The translations under genes were made by a program, and so were the position numbers. From Blepharisma stoltei ATCC 30299 (Eukaryota > Protista > Ciliophora): a stretch of DNA of 64,000 bases. Shown here piece by piece: positions 22,681-34,141 of this stretch (positions within the stretch are counted from its first letter, which is position 1; every line of letters begins with the position of its first letter). The notes beneath the pieces were generated by a model, which was given only the letters and a program-made list of their open reading frames with translations, was not told the DNA's origin and ran no database searches. The stretch lies in NCBI GenBank assembly GCA_965603825.1, contig CBFDEM010000011.1, forward strand, positions 806,001-870,000, in the 5' to 3' direction.

Positions 22681-23505
22681 CTATATCCTCTGATAAACGC
22701 AATAATATTTTTTGCCTTTATTTCTCTCTACCTTTTTCCCTTCTTCCGTTTCATTTATCATAGCAGTGACACATGGATCTGCTTCTATTTCTTCTTGAGG
22801 GACTTCTTTGTATAAAGGATGCTGCTTAAACTGATCTAAATGCCACTCGTGAAGCTGCAATACGTCGGTGATAGCGTATATTTTCCCTCCAGACTTAAGG
22901 ACATATGCGTACTCAGATAATAAATTCCTGTGTACAATTCTTCGTCGATGCACTGATTTTTTGAAGTGAGGGTCTGGGAAGCAGAAGAATAACTTTGTCA
23001 AAGAAGATTTAGGGAAATAATTTGTAATTTGTTTCATTGCATTTGCACGAAGAACGCCGATGTTTCAAAACTATTTAAAGTTTACTTCGTTGGTCTCTAT
23101 TCTGGATGCTCAAATTTTTTGCGCAACGTAGTTTGTTACTTTGTTGCGGATTTCCATACCAAGCATGCGGGTACGTGGCATTATTTTACTTAATGCAAAA
23201 AGCAGTCCTCCATATCCACAGCCAACATCGGCAATTTCTACAGGCTGAGAAGGAGGGGGAAGTTTAATTGTGGAGAAATAGAGGGGATGCTCAATTGCTG
23301 AATAAGTTTTACTGTTGCAGTAGATATGGTCATTTTGCTCGAAAAATAAACTTCAGTCAATGTGGCTTGGAGAGATAGGGCTGCTTCAAAATTACAAGGG
23401 CCAGTTTGAATCGCTTAGAGGATTGCAATGAGCTCTCATTCGGAAATCTGCCTTCTTTGGTTGGAGACGTTCGCGTTTCTGAGGGAGTTCTAAACTATCC
23501 TCCAT
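22681..23505 (-). CDS. METTL1: tRNA (guanine-N7)-methyltransferase METTL1/TRM8; 2-3 15-nt introns, TGA=Trp
   Basis: R.RAHCNP, D-W-S, ADVGCGYGGLL, LGMEIR, RANAMK, FPDPHFK and TEEGKKVERN. TAG stop at the homologous C-terminus. Confidence 0.95.
23071..23085 (-). other. 15-nt intron GTAAACTTTAAATAG
   Basis: GT..AG, A10, removes an in-frame TAG in METTL1. Confidence 0.9.
23298..23312 (-). other. Candidate stop-free 15-nt intron GTAAAACTTATTCAG
   Basis: Matches the consensus (GTA, A10, CAG) but is open in frame, so splicing cannot be proven from DNA. Confidence 0.5.
23381..23395 (-). other. 15-nt intron GTAATTTTGAAGCAG
   Basis: GT..AG, A10, removes an in-frame TAA and restores WPFPISP..DW. Confidence 0.9.
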
Positions 23506-23766
23506 TTTAATGTTATATTTACTCATATATTAAATTAAAGCATGCTAATGTTTAATATCATATAGATTCCTTGTTTGGGTTTCACATTGATAATTAGAGT
23601 AATTTTTATTATTTAGCTTAAGAATAAATCATTAGCTAATGATTTTTTATTTGTCATTTATGTTCACAAATTTTCATATTAGCTAGATCAGTCTTTATTT
23701 TTATTAATTAGCCTAAATATAAATAATAATTATTTTTTAGCATCTATATCAGTAAATAATTAAATA

Positions 23767-24246
23767 ATGATAAGTGAAATCTCCAAAGGGCTTTTTCTTG
23801 GGAATCATGAGACTATAAGAGATCGAAAATTATTTGATTCACACAAAATAACCCATGTCTTATATATAGGAAATGAAACAACTGAAGCTGAAAAATCTAG
23901 AGCCATATGGAAGACTATAAGAGTCAACACTGACTGCTGCTTAAGCATAAGCAAATATTTTTCACCATGTAATGAGTATATCAAATCTGTCCTCAAATCC
24001 AATAAAAACATTCTAGTTTGCTGTGAAAGTGGCGAATGCTTGGCCCCAGCATTTATCATAGCCTATATCATGTCTTACAAATCCTCAACTTTTGCCCAGG
24101 CATTTGAATTCGTCAAGAACAAGCATCCATGCATAAAGCAAAGTCCAGAAATTATCAGTCAACTAAGAGAATATCAAAACTTTGTATTGAGCAGACAAAA
24201 AAGAAAATTTCAAGACATTGAAATTAAAAAGTGTTTCATATTTTAA
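23767..24246 (+). CDS. Dual-specificity phosphatase-like protein, probably inactive
   Basis: SEISKGLFLG, HKITHVL, AYIM and AFEFVKNKHP..QL fit the DSP fold. The active-site loop LVCCESGECLA lacks His and the CX5R Arg. Confidence 0.8.
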   Translation: MISEISKGLFLGNHETIRDRKLFDSHKITHVLYIGNETTEAEKSRAIWKTIRVNTDCCLSISKYFSPCNEYIKSVLKSNKNILVCCESGECLAPAFIIAYIMSYKSSTFAQAFEFVKNKHPCIKQSPEIISQLREYQNFVLSRQKRKFQDIEIKKCFIF

Positions 24247-24439
24247 ATAAATAAAGTAGCTTAGTCAGCTCTCACACATAGTAATGATTTTTACTGCCGA
24301 AATCAATTTGATATTTTAGACCTCCTGGGAATCGACCACCAAAGCAATAAATGAAGATATCTTAGAAACAAGAGAAATTAGGCTCTGCTAACTTACAAAT
24401 ATTTTTTCAATTGTTATTTTTCTAGCTCTTAAATGGAAA

Positions 24440-24685
24440 ATAAGAGCTCTTCTGGGTTTGCAACTCCTAATATTTTATTTGAGAATTATAGTCACTTCGT
24501 TCCTCTTTTCAATAGTATAGCTGGCATTTTCCCAAGCCAACTGAACCTTTATTTTATGATATTTCTGAGGTGTATTAACCATGGAAGCTATTTTATGCCT
24601 AATTAATATCTGATTTTGAAAGTAGAGACTTATTTTTAGCCAGATTATACTCATTGCTATCAATTGATATCGAAACTTTCTCCAT
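24440..24685 (-). pseudogene. 5' relic of a further ABCG transporter copy
   Basis: ATG GAG AAA..., HKIKVQLAWENASYTIEKRNE and GVANPEELL lie in shifted frames with stops. Homologous to the N-termini of the neighbouring ABCG genes. Confidence 0.8.
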
Positions 24686-24845
24686 TTATATGAGCAAAAA
24701 AATGATATAATATTTTAAGATTTATTTCTCATTAATTTTATTATCAGCTGTTGATTATAAAAACTGATTTCAAAGATTTGCATATTTATTACAACTGCTT
24801 TTATATGAGAAGAAAAGAAATTTATAAAAATTTTTTATTATTAGA

Positions 24846-26747
24846 TTACCTCTTAGCTCTTGATGCTGTGTTCCATAGTAATAAATAGGCAATTACTCTT
24901 ATAACAATCACAATAATAATGTTATAGTAGAAACTCTCTGCTAAAGTTTCATGGAACCCAAGGTCATTTACAGGATCGCATTTAGTGCAATCACTTGAAT
25001 CGCAACTTTGACAGGGTAAATTTAAGTCAGTGTATTCATTTATGCTCATAGCTTCAAATCCATATTTGAAGGGTGAAATGTATTGCACCCATCTAAAGGC
25101 AATAGGAATTCTCTCTACATTTACAAATTGGCCTGCAAAAAGAAGAACTGGAATAACAAATAGAGGGCCTGCAGCCATTGCAGCTGTTTCTGTGTGGAAC
25201 AATGCGCCTACTATATATCCAATTCCTGTTCCACAGATATTTAAAATAAGCAAAGCAGCATAAAAAATAAAAAATTTGCTGGCATCATAGTTATTCAATC
25301 CGATTGCCCAATACAAAATGATGCTTTCCAAGAAGATTGCTATGATTAAATTTGGAAGCTCAGCTATTGTTTTTGCCATATAATATGAAATTGTGCTATA
25401 TAAACCTTGCTTGGACTCTTTTAAGAAAAGAGGTAGCTCACTTGGAAACGATAAACAAGCGTTTTGGTTTCCAAAATTTGCAGCAGTCATTGTAAGTAAA
25501 AACAATACTCCATTTCTATCTTGTATAGAACTGTAACTTGTTCCAAGGTTATTGTAGGTTAAGTCTAAAAGAGCTGCTAATACTATGACTTGTAAATATT
25601 TGACTCTTCCAAAAATAGGATTTCTTCTTGAGTTTATGTTGGCTCTTTTAAGCAAAAGCCAAAACTGCTCAAGAACAGTTGAAGGTCTTGTAAAAGTTTT
25701 GTTAGCTAGATGTTCGAGCTCCTTTGAGCCAACAACTTGCTTTTCAGGTTCTTTTGAAGAGTATTCTTCAACTAAAATTTTTAATTTTTCTCTTTCTTCT
25801 TTAGATAAATTTCTCCTATCAACGACATGCAGAAGTCTCATAAAATAATCAGCTGGATTCATCAATTTTGGGCACTTGTAGCCAAGTCCAGCAAAATATT
25901 TTCTGGATTCGCTTGCCTGTCCTTGATAAACAATATTTCCTTCACTCATCAAGACAAGCCTGTCAAATTTTTTAAAGACTCCTGAACTTGGCTGATGAAT
26001 AGTTGTTATGATTGTTCTACCTTTTTTGGCTTGTTCTAATAGTAAATCAACTACAATTTCAGCTGTATAGCTGTCAAGTCCTGAGGTAGGTTCATCGAGA
26101 ATCAAAATGAGAGGCTCAGTGATAAGTTCAATCCCAATGCAGACTCTTTTCCTTTCACCTCCCGATAATCCTTTACTGGTGACACTTCCGATCACATTCT
26201 CAGCTACTCTTGTGAGTCTTAGATCCTCAAGAATTTTTTCGACTCTTTTTGCATGGTCTTCATGAGACCCGGGCAATCTCAATTTAGACGAAAAGAGCAA
26301 AGATTCTCTTGGAGTTAAGGTCGGCAAGAGAATATCTTCTTGTGTTACATAGGCTGAATAGTAGCCAAAGTTGATGTCTTTTATGTTGGTGCCATTTATG
26401 GAGACAGTCCCATTAATTTTAATTTCTCCAATGCTTTTAAGTCGACCAGCTAGGATATTTAAGAGAGTTGTTTTCCCAGCCCCTGAAGATCCCATTATAG
26501 CTAAGAGCTCTCCAGGATTTGCAACTCCTGACACTCCTTTGAGAATTGCACTTATCTCATCTCTCTTCTCTATGGCATAGCTAACATTTTCCCATTTCAA
26601 CTGAACTTTTATTTTATTGTCTGGTTGACGTCTATTGATCTCAGAATCTTTTTCATGAGAGAAATTATTATCTAATTTTGAGCATCCAGACTCAATCTCT
26701 ATTTGACTGTCGTCTTTTTCATCCATACATACCGAAACTTTTGCCAT
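24846..26747 (-). CDS. ABCG (White-like) half transporter, copy 1, 633 aa
   Basis: Walker A GSSGAGKT, signature LSGGERKR, Walker B ILDEPTSGLD, TIHQP and NPAD; C-terminal ABC2 membrane domain. Confidence 0.97.
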   Translation of the reverse strand: MAKVSVCMDEKDDSQIEIESGCSKLDNNFSHEKDSEINRRQPDNKIKVQLKWENVSYAIEKRDEISAILKGVSGVANPGELLAIMGSSGAGKTTLLNILAGRLKSIGEIKINGTVSINGTNIKDINFGYYSAYVTQEDILLPTLTPRESLLFSSKLRLPGSHEDHAKRVEKILEDLRLTRVAENVIGSVTSKGLSGGERKRVCIGIELITEPLILILDEPTSGLDSYTAEIVVDLLLEQAKKGRTIITTIHQPSSGVFKKFDRLVLMSEGNIVYQGQASESRKYFAGLGYKCPKLMNPADYFMRLLHVVDRRNLSKEEREKLKILVEEYSSKEPEKQVVGSKELEHLANKTFTRPSTVLEQFWLLLKRANINSRRNPIFGRVKYLQVIVLAALLDLTYNNLGTSYSSIQDRNGVLFLLTMTAANFGNQNACLSFPSELPLFLKESKQGLYSTISYYMAKTIAELPNLIIAIFLESIILYWAIGLNNYDASKFFIFYAALLILNICGTGIGYIVGALFHTETAAMAAGPLFVIPVLLFAGQFVNVERIPIAFRWVQYISPFKYGFEAMSINEYTDLNLPCQSCDSSDCTKCDPVNDLGFHETLAESFYYNIIIVIVIRVIAYLLLWNTASRAKR

Positions 26748-27547
26748 TTATATGCGAACAGAAACTAGAGAGAATTTCTGTTTGAAATGAGATTTTTCGA
26801 ATTCTAGCTTTTGTGCAATATTAATTTTAGACAATTGAATAAAATTAATGTGTTTGGAGCTTAAAATTTAGTGAGTTTCTAAATTTCAAAAGCAATATGG
26901 CCAGCTATATTAGGGAGATTGCAGCCCTGCGCCATATTATAAGCTTCTGAAAAGCAGGAGACTAGTCACTCATTTAATAATAAATTTGAGACCAAGCATA
27001 ACTACTGAATCTTAAAATAAATTCAATCTTACCTAGGATTGGATTTGTTTATGTTAGATAAACCATTTTTGAAAATATAAAATAACTCAACTGAGCTCTG
27101 AGAAAATTTATGCAACTAAACTATCAGAATTTTATATTTATAAACTCAAAAAATGAATATTCAAGATATAAGCTTTAATGAAGTTAATTAAATTTGCTTA
27201 ATAATAGCCATTTATTAAAATATTAAAATAAATAGGAATTTGAAATTTTTTAAATAGGTATAGCGGCATATGAGTTGATAATTTAATAACGCTGCTCATC
27301 TTCCTAACTACTATTTTTAAAATTGGTAGATAATTTTTTGCTAATTTTAAAATTTTATCGACAAAAATTTTAGGAATAAATAAAAAATAGCTACATCTTT
27401 GTAATTTAACTAGTGAAATAAAAACTTGTAAGGTATTTTAAAGGTATGAGAATATTTTTAATAATAAAAATTATAAAAGTTGCAATTTAATTAAAATCAT
27501 TAATTTCGAATAAAAATTATAAATTTATTAAGTATTTTATTTATCAT

Positions 27548-29449
27548 TTATCTTTTTGCTCTTGATGCTGTGTTCCATAGTAATAAATAGGCAATTACTC
27601 TTATAACAATCACAATAATAATGTTATAGTAGAAACTCTCTGCTAAAGTTTCATGGAACCCAAGATCTTTGACAGGATCGCATTTAGTGCAATCACTTGA
27701 ATCGCAGCTTTGGCATGGTAAATTCAAATCTGTGTACTCATTTATGCTCATAGCTTCGAATCCATATTTAAAGGGGGAAATGTATTGCACCCATCTAAAG
27801 GCAATAGGAATTCTCTCTACATTTACAAATTGGCCTGCAAAAAGAAGGAATGGAATAACAAATAGAGGGCCTGCAGCCATTGCAGCTGTTTCTGTGTGGA
27901 ACAATGCGCCTACTATATATCCAATTCCTGTCCCACAAATATTCAGCACTAGCGCTGCAGCATAAAAAATAAAAAATTTGCTGGCATCATAGTTATTCAA
28001 TCCAACTGCCCAATACAAAATGATACTTTGCAAGAAGATTGCTATGATTAAATTTGGAAGATCAGCTATTGTTTTTGCAACATAATACGAAATTGTGCTA
28101 TATAAGCCTTGCTTAGATTCTTTTAAGAAAAGAGGTAACTCACTTGGAAATGATAGACAAGCATTTTGGTTTCCAAATGTCGCAGCAGTCATTGTAAGTA
28201 AAAATAATACTCCATTTCTATCCTGTATAGAACTGTAGCTTGTTCCAATGCTATTATAGGTTAAGTCTAGAAGAACCGCTAATACTATGACTTGTAAATA
28301 TTTGACTCTTCCAAAAATAGGATTTCTTCTTGAGTTTATGTTGGCTCTTTTAAGCAAAAGCCAAAATTGCTCAAAAATAGTTGAAGGTCTTGCAAAAGAT
28401 TTGTTAGCTAAGTGTTCAAGCTCACTTGAATTAACAAGTTGATTTTCAGGTTCTTTTGAAGAGTACTCTTCAACTAAGATTTTTAATTTTTCGCTCTCTT
28501 CTTTAGATAAATTTCTCCTATCAACGACATGTAAAAGTCTCATAAAATAATCAGCTGGATTCATCAATTTTGGGCACTTGTAGCCAAGTCCAGCAAAATA
28601 TTTTCTGGATTCGCTTTGCTGTCCTTGATAAACAATATTTCCTTCACTCATCAAGACAAGCCTGTCGAATTTGTTGAAGACTCCTGAACTTGGCTGATGA
28701 ATAGTTGTTATGATTGTTCTGCCTTTTTTTGCTTGTTCTAATAGTAAATCAACTACAATTTCAGCTGTATAGCTGTCAAGTCCTGAGGTAGGTTCATCGA
28801 GAATCAAAATGAGAGGCTCAGTAATAAGTTCCATCCCAATGCAGACTCTTTTCCTTTCACCTCCCGACAAGCCTTTACTGGTGATACTTCCGATCACATT
28901 TTCAGCTACTCTTGTGAGTCTTAGATCCTCAATAATTTTTTCGACTCTTTGCACATGATCCTCATGAGATCCAGGCAATCTCAATTTGGACGAAAAGAGC
29001 AAAGACTCTCTTGGTGTTAAGGTCGGCAAAAGAATATCTTCTTGTGTCACATAGGCTGAATAATAGCCAAAGTTGATGTCTTTTATGTTGGTGCCATTTA
29101 TAGCCACAGTCCCATTAATTTTAATTTCTCCAAAGCTCTTTAGTCGGCCAGCCAAAATATTCAAAAGAGTGGTTTTACCTGCTCCCGAAGAGCCCATAAT
29201 AGCTAAGAGCTCTCCTGGATTTGCAAACCCAGAAACTCCTTTAAGAATTGTAGTCAGTTCACTTCCTTTCTCTATGGCATAGCTGACATTCTCCCAAGTC
29301 AATTGAACTTTTATTCTGTGGTCTGGCTTGAGGGTGCTTGTTGCAAGTTCCATTACATACATCAAACTGCTCTCTTCTTTTGATTTTGATGATACAATCT
29401 CTATTTCTTCGCTCATGCTGCTGGTGACTCTCTCAGAAGACTTCTCCAT
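27548..29449 (-). CDS. ABCG half transporter, copy 2, 633 aa
   Basis: Same motifs; nearly identical to copy 1 beyond the N-terminal ~45 aa. Confidence 0.97.
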   Translation of the reverse strand: MEKSSERVTSSMSEEIEIVSSKSKEESSLMYVMELATSTLKPDHRIKVQLTWENVSYAIEKGSELTTILKGVSGFANPGELLAIMGSSGAGKTTLLNILAGRLKSFGEIKINGTVAINGTNIKDINFGYYSAYVTQEDILLPTLTPRESLLFSSKLRLPGSHEDHVQRVEKIIEDLRLTRVAENVIGSITSKGLSGGERKRVCIGMELITEPLILILDEPTSGLDSYTAEIVVDLLLEQAKKGRTIITTIHQPSSGVFNKFDRLVLMSEGNIVYQGQQSESRKYFAGLGYKCPKLMNPADYFMRLLHVVDRRNLSKEESEKLKILVEEYSSKEPENQLVNSSELEHLANKSFARPSTIFEQFWLLLKRANINSRRNPIFGRVKYLQVIVLAVLLDLTYNSIGTSYSSIQDRNGVLFLLTMTAATFGNQNACLSFPSELPLFLKESKQGLYSTISYYVAKTIADLPNLIIAIFLQSIILYWAVGLNNYDASKFFIFYAAALVLNICGTGIGYIVGALFHTETAAMAAGPLFVIPFLLFAGQFVNVERIPIAFRWVQYISPFKYGFEAMSINEYTDLNLPCQSCDSSDCTKCDPVKDLGFHETLAESFYYNIIIVIVIRVIAYLLLWNTASRAKR

Positions 29450-29987
29450 TTATATTACAGATAAGCAAGAAAGCTTTCAAATTTTTGTTTGCAAAATAAA
29501 GAGATATTAGAAGGATTAGGTTTTTTAGATTTCTGAGATATAAAAAGTAATCAAAATTGTAAAAGAACTCGCTTAAAAAATATTAAATTTTGATGCTTGA
29601 AATGTAAGAAATAATTCAGGCAAACTAATTGTGGCAATTTGTGAATTATAGTCTCATTTCAAGTCATTAAAATTTAATGTTTATTTGTTTCGGTGGTTTG
29701 TCGAATAAGGCAAACAGATAAAGATGGCCAAACAAATGGACTAAAGGCTATGCATTTGATTATGGCTATTAGTAAGTTGAGTTACTAGGCTTAATCTTTG
29801 AGTTTTGTCTTTAATTATTGATGCAAAGTTTAAGCAAATATCAGGAATTTTAAGTTTTTCTTAGATTTTTTATTTTTACTATTGGATAAAGAATTCAAAT
29901 AAAAAATTATAAATTTTAAAATCTTATGAAATTCAATAAAACATATTTAATTATTTATTAGAATTATGAAATTGCTTTGCTTGATTA

Positions 29988-30344
29988 TTAGTTCATGTCA
30001 GGAATACTTCTCAATATATTCATTCTGTCAATTGGAGTTTTTGCTTTATAAGCTTTATAATACTGAAATGAGAAATATCCACCTGGAATAATTGTTAAAC
30101 TTCCAAGCACCCAAAATGCAATTCCTCTGCTAGGCTCTTCAAAATTCGTAAATTCCTCAACAATCCCCAACACAAATAGCACAATTCCAGATAAAAGTAA
30201 AGCACATGCACACAATAAAGGTTTTTTAGGCATTTCAGGGAATTGGTAATTTGGATTCACGTCTAAATTGATATCATTGTGATTTGCCTCTTCTCCACTG
30301 CTCACTTCAAAGCTATATTTTGGATAAAACTCTTGATCTTTCAT
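29988..30344 (-). CDS. TMEM230/TMEM134-like two-TM protein
   Basis: P.K..L.A.ALLL.G..L...G and ..VLGSL.IIPGGY....Y.A pattern. Confidence 0.75.
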   Translation of the reverse strand: MKDQEFYPKYSFEVSSGEEANHNDINLDVNPNYQFPEMPKKPLLCACALLLSGIVLFVLGIVEEFTNFEEPSRGIAFWVLGSLTIIPGGYFSFQYYKAYKAKTPIDRMNILRSIPDMN

Positions 30345-30353
30345 TTATTTATC

Positions 30354-33110
30354 TTAAAAAGTTAGAGTATTTAATATTTCTAAAATTTTTGAGAAAGAAG
30401 GCCTGTCTTTTTGGTTCGATGACCAGCATGTTGTAATTAAATCTCTCAGCTCAACTGGGGTTGTTTGTGGGATTTTTGTGATATCTGGTCTTTCACCGAG
30501 CTGCAGCACTTTGTATGGAATGGTTGCTGGATTTACGCCTCTATAAGGGGTTTCTCTTGATAAAATCTCCCATAGAACGACACCAAAAGAATAAACATCA
30601 GCCTCTAGAGAATAAGGCTGGCTTGCAAGTACCTCTGGGGCCATTCAGTGGCAAGTCCCCATAAGTCCTGTCATATGCTCATCTTCTATGAACTTCGAGA
30701 TCCCAAAGTCAGCGATTTTTATTAGAACATTGTCACTTGGAGAGGTAACAGGCTCAGCTAGTAATAAATTCAATGACTTTAAATCTCTATAAATAATCGG
30801 TGGATTATTTCCATGCAAATATGCCATTCCATATGCTACATCTTTCGCAATCTTTATCCTTTGTTTTCATGATAACTTTACTTCGCGATCTTCATAAAGA
30901 AGCTTAAATAATGATCCTCCTGCGCAAAATTCTGTAACAATTGAAAATTGGCTTTCAATGCAAGCTCCCATAAAAAGCACAAGATTTGGGTGCCGAAGTC
31001 TCATCATTGTTGTGATTTCTCTATTAAATTCATTTTCCATAGCGCCTGGGATGCTGGAATTCCTCATTACTTTAATAGCAACTGGAGTATATCTATATAA
31101 TCCTTTATAGACTGTGCAAGAGCTCCCTGAGCCGATTTCTTCTTCACGTGTAAGCTCATTTGAATGGATTATTCAAGGGGATTCCTGGAAACTTGCCCAT
31201 GGATCTGCTTTTTTGGCTGACTTAGAAAGAGGTTTCCCATTGATTGATTTAGGGGTCTCAGGAGTTTGCAAAATAGTTTGGCTTGTGCAAGTTGTGTAAG
31301 GCTCAGCTTCAGAGCTGCATTCTGTTCCATGCCCTAAAGTAGCTGATTTGGCTTCAGCTGGAGATTTAAATTCTTCACGGTTTGAAAATCTTGCTTCACC
31401 TGTATTTATTTTTTCATTGCTAACCCTTCTTTCATTATATATTGGCTGTGTTAGCCGTCTATTTTTTAGCACATCAACAATAGATCCCCTGTTTTTATTC
31501 TGCTGGAGGACTGAAAACTGAGGGAGAAGAATTGCTGGGTTGTTTTGTCTAAAAACTGTTATAAGAGATAGTGTTGATTGCTGGTTTTGATTATATATAG
31601 AAGAGAGGTCAGCAATTTTGTCACTTGGAAGAACTTGCTTTAAGCTTTGCTTAGTTAATAGATCAAGTCTTTCTTGTTCTTCTAATAGAAGTGCTGAAAT
31701 TATGGCCCAAAATCTAGACAAATCTCCTTTCATAGAAAAAAAAGATTCAGTAGTCCTTATCAGCTTTCTCCAATAGGTAAGTAAAGCTTCTATTTGTGGG
31801 AGCTCATTAATTTCATTGTCAGTTCAATTTCCTAAAGTCCTTGTTTCTATGTGAAGTCTGTGCTTTTCTTTCAAAATTGATGAATATTCTTTGATTAAAT
31901 CTCTGAAATAATCTGTTTGTTTATCTTTTTTCGATTTATTAGGTGATTCCCAGCTATGCTGCACGCATTCTAAAAATTGGTTTATTTGGTCTTCTGCCAT
32001 TAAAACTTGTCTTGGACCAAACATAAAGTACTTATGAAGGACATATAAAGCTTTCATTGCCACAATTCCTTTATCAATTGATCGATTCATCAGTGACTTG
32101 TAAAATTTTGAAATCTTAAAAGGCTTTTTCCATGCTTTTTCTATCAATTTATTCAGATAGCCTGTGTCTGGGATATGATCGTTATCAGCAGTCACAGCTT
32201 TTACCCATGAGTTACTGCTTTTCATAAAGATGCTTGAAAGTCCTGACGATTTTGATGATTCTTCTGCTGCTTCATCTTGATTTTTATTTGCTTTTTTATC
32301 ATGGATTAATGTAATAATCTCTAGAGAAGTTGCCCTTTCTCGCGGATTTACTTCAAAAAGCCTTGTGAAGAGTCCTCGCCATCAAGCCTTCATGTGTTTA
32401 TTTTCAGTTTTAAAATTCCCTCTTAGCTGGTCTTGAAGATTCTGGCCAAATGGATGCTCCTTATAAAGCAGCTCATAAAGAAGGCACCCAAGACCCCACA
32501 TATCAACTTGAATCCCTACTGGATATCCAGGTATCAAATCTAGTTGTTCGGGCGATCTATAATCTACCGGTGTATTTGCTTCAATGTCTTCACTTAAATC
32601 AGGCCCATAAAGACCGTTTACTTCTTCTTCACTTATAGATGACTGAAAATTTGCGAGCTTAAATTTCAAGTCGACAGTCACAATTATGTTTTCAGGCTTT
32701 AAATTCCTATGGCTAAGATTTTTCTGATGAATATGATGTAGTGCCAAAATTAAATCGCTTAGCAGAACCATGACTTTGTCTTCATTGATTTCTTTTTCAG
32801 TAATAAAATCTCGTAAATCGCAATCTGCACAATGTTCGAATAGAATTGCTCCTCAATTATGGGAGCCTTCAGTGTAATCTAGCATGGTCACTATTTTGGG
32901 ATGAGATCCAATTAGTTGATAAGCTTTCACTTCGCGTCGGAAAGCTTCTTCGTTATTGATCAAATTGAACTGTTTAATAAAAAGTGCTCGGTTTTCTGGA
33001 TCTTTTCCAATGCATGTTTTGAATATGGGGGTTGAGATAAGAACTTCTGTTATTCTCACTGGCAACTTGGAAAAACGGATTGTATCGCCAACTGTAACAG
33101 GGCCTATCAT
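30354..33110 (-). CDS. Tandem kinase: NAK-like pseudokinase + ANTH/ENTH-like domain + TKL kinase, about 918 aa, six TGA=Trp
   Basis: Seven ORF pieces share one frame; gaps checked by hand contain only TGA (e.g. KLS-W-KQR, GTCH-W-MAPE). N-terminal kinase has HRNLKPEN, ANF and YRSPEQLDL. Middle has VAMKALYVLHK. C-terminal kinase has GSGSSCTV, VAIK, YRDLKSLN and DFG. Confidence 0.88.
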
Positions 33111-33162
33111 AAATTTTTCATAAAACAATAAAATGAGTCATAGAAATAGAGCTAGCTATATA

Positions 33163-33852
33163 TTAAATTAATGAATTCAATAGTTTTTCCCGTTGGGTAA
33201 AAGCACCTTCTGGGGTATGATTATTCTTTCTATAATCAGCAGTAGGCGATAAATTGATTGTTTTAGTTCTATGCATAAAAGGACAATGATTACTCTTTGC
33301 TTTAATTTTTGATGACAATTGTATAGGGATTAAGAGACTTGCTCTGCATTGAGGAGTCTGAATTTTTGATTTGCTGTCATATGTCCCAACAGAATTGAAT
33401 GATAACTTTCTTGGACTTTTCCTATGAATCATCTCAAAGATCCTATCTTTTTCTTCACAGATTTCTGCATCTTCTTGTGAAGGATCCAATATTATTTTGT
33501 TTTTTCTTAATCGTTCTTTGACGATTGTCCTGCTTACCATATCAACGAAATTTGGAGAAAAAGCGTCTTTTTTTTGAGCAAAATTATTGGGGATTTGTCC
33601 AGAAAAAGAGACTCTTTTTTGCCTTGGAGTTTTAATATTTGACTGAAGTTTTCTTGAGGAGACTATAGGTTCTGGCCAGTTTATTTCAAATTTTTCATTC
33701 AGCTTTCTTCATATACCATCATTGGGTAGATTTTGAGATTCTTCATCGGAATCAGAAAGGTTGTGGCTAGATGCGAATAAGGTGCTGGCCCTTTGTTGAG
33801 TTCTTATCAATATATCAGGTTTTTTATTGTTTTTGAGAATTCTTTTTTGCAT
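33163..33852 (-). CDS. Hypothetical basic, largely disordered protein, 229 aa, one TGA=Trp
   Basis: ORF 33163-33540 extends in frame to ATG 33852 through one TGA. Confidence 0.7.
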
Positions 33853-34141
33853 TTCTATGTCAATTAATAGAGCATTATTAGATAAAAAATATCTTTGAAA
33901 AAGAAATTGGCATATTTAAAAGGCTTTAGATATTAAAGTCAGAAATTGGAAGTGATTTAGTTTATAAAATATCCAGAAATCTTATAAAGCAGTCTCCAAT
34001 TCAGGCTTTAAAAAAATAGTTTATATAGAAATAAAACTATCTAGTTCATAAAAAGTTTGCAGTGGCCAATTCATGACGCGCTTAAAATGTCTTTAGGTTT
34101 GCATATTATAAATAAAATTGGTATTTTATAAATATAATTCC

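Noticed and set aside
22681-22683. TAG or TAA reassigned to Gln (translation tables 6 or 15)
   Set aside because: TAG and TAA end genes at homologous C-termini (e.g. METTL1). Internal ones fall inside GT..AG introns or in pseudogenes.
26895-26940. Small inverted repeat AATATGGC/GCCATATT upstream of ABCG copy 1
   Set aside because: Single short hairpin not seen upstream of the other ABCG copies; compatible with chance.
30354-33128. Many short consecutive ORFs read as separate genes or pseudogenes (also CFAP52, WD40, arrestins B, D, E, G, H)
   Set aside because: All pieces share one frame and are separated only by TGA at Trp positions.
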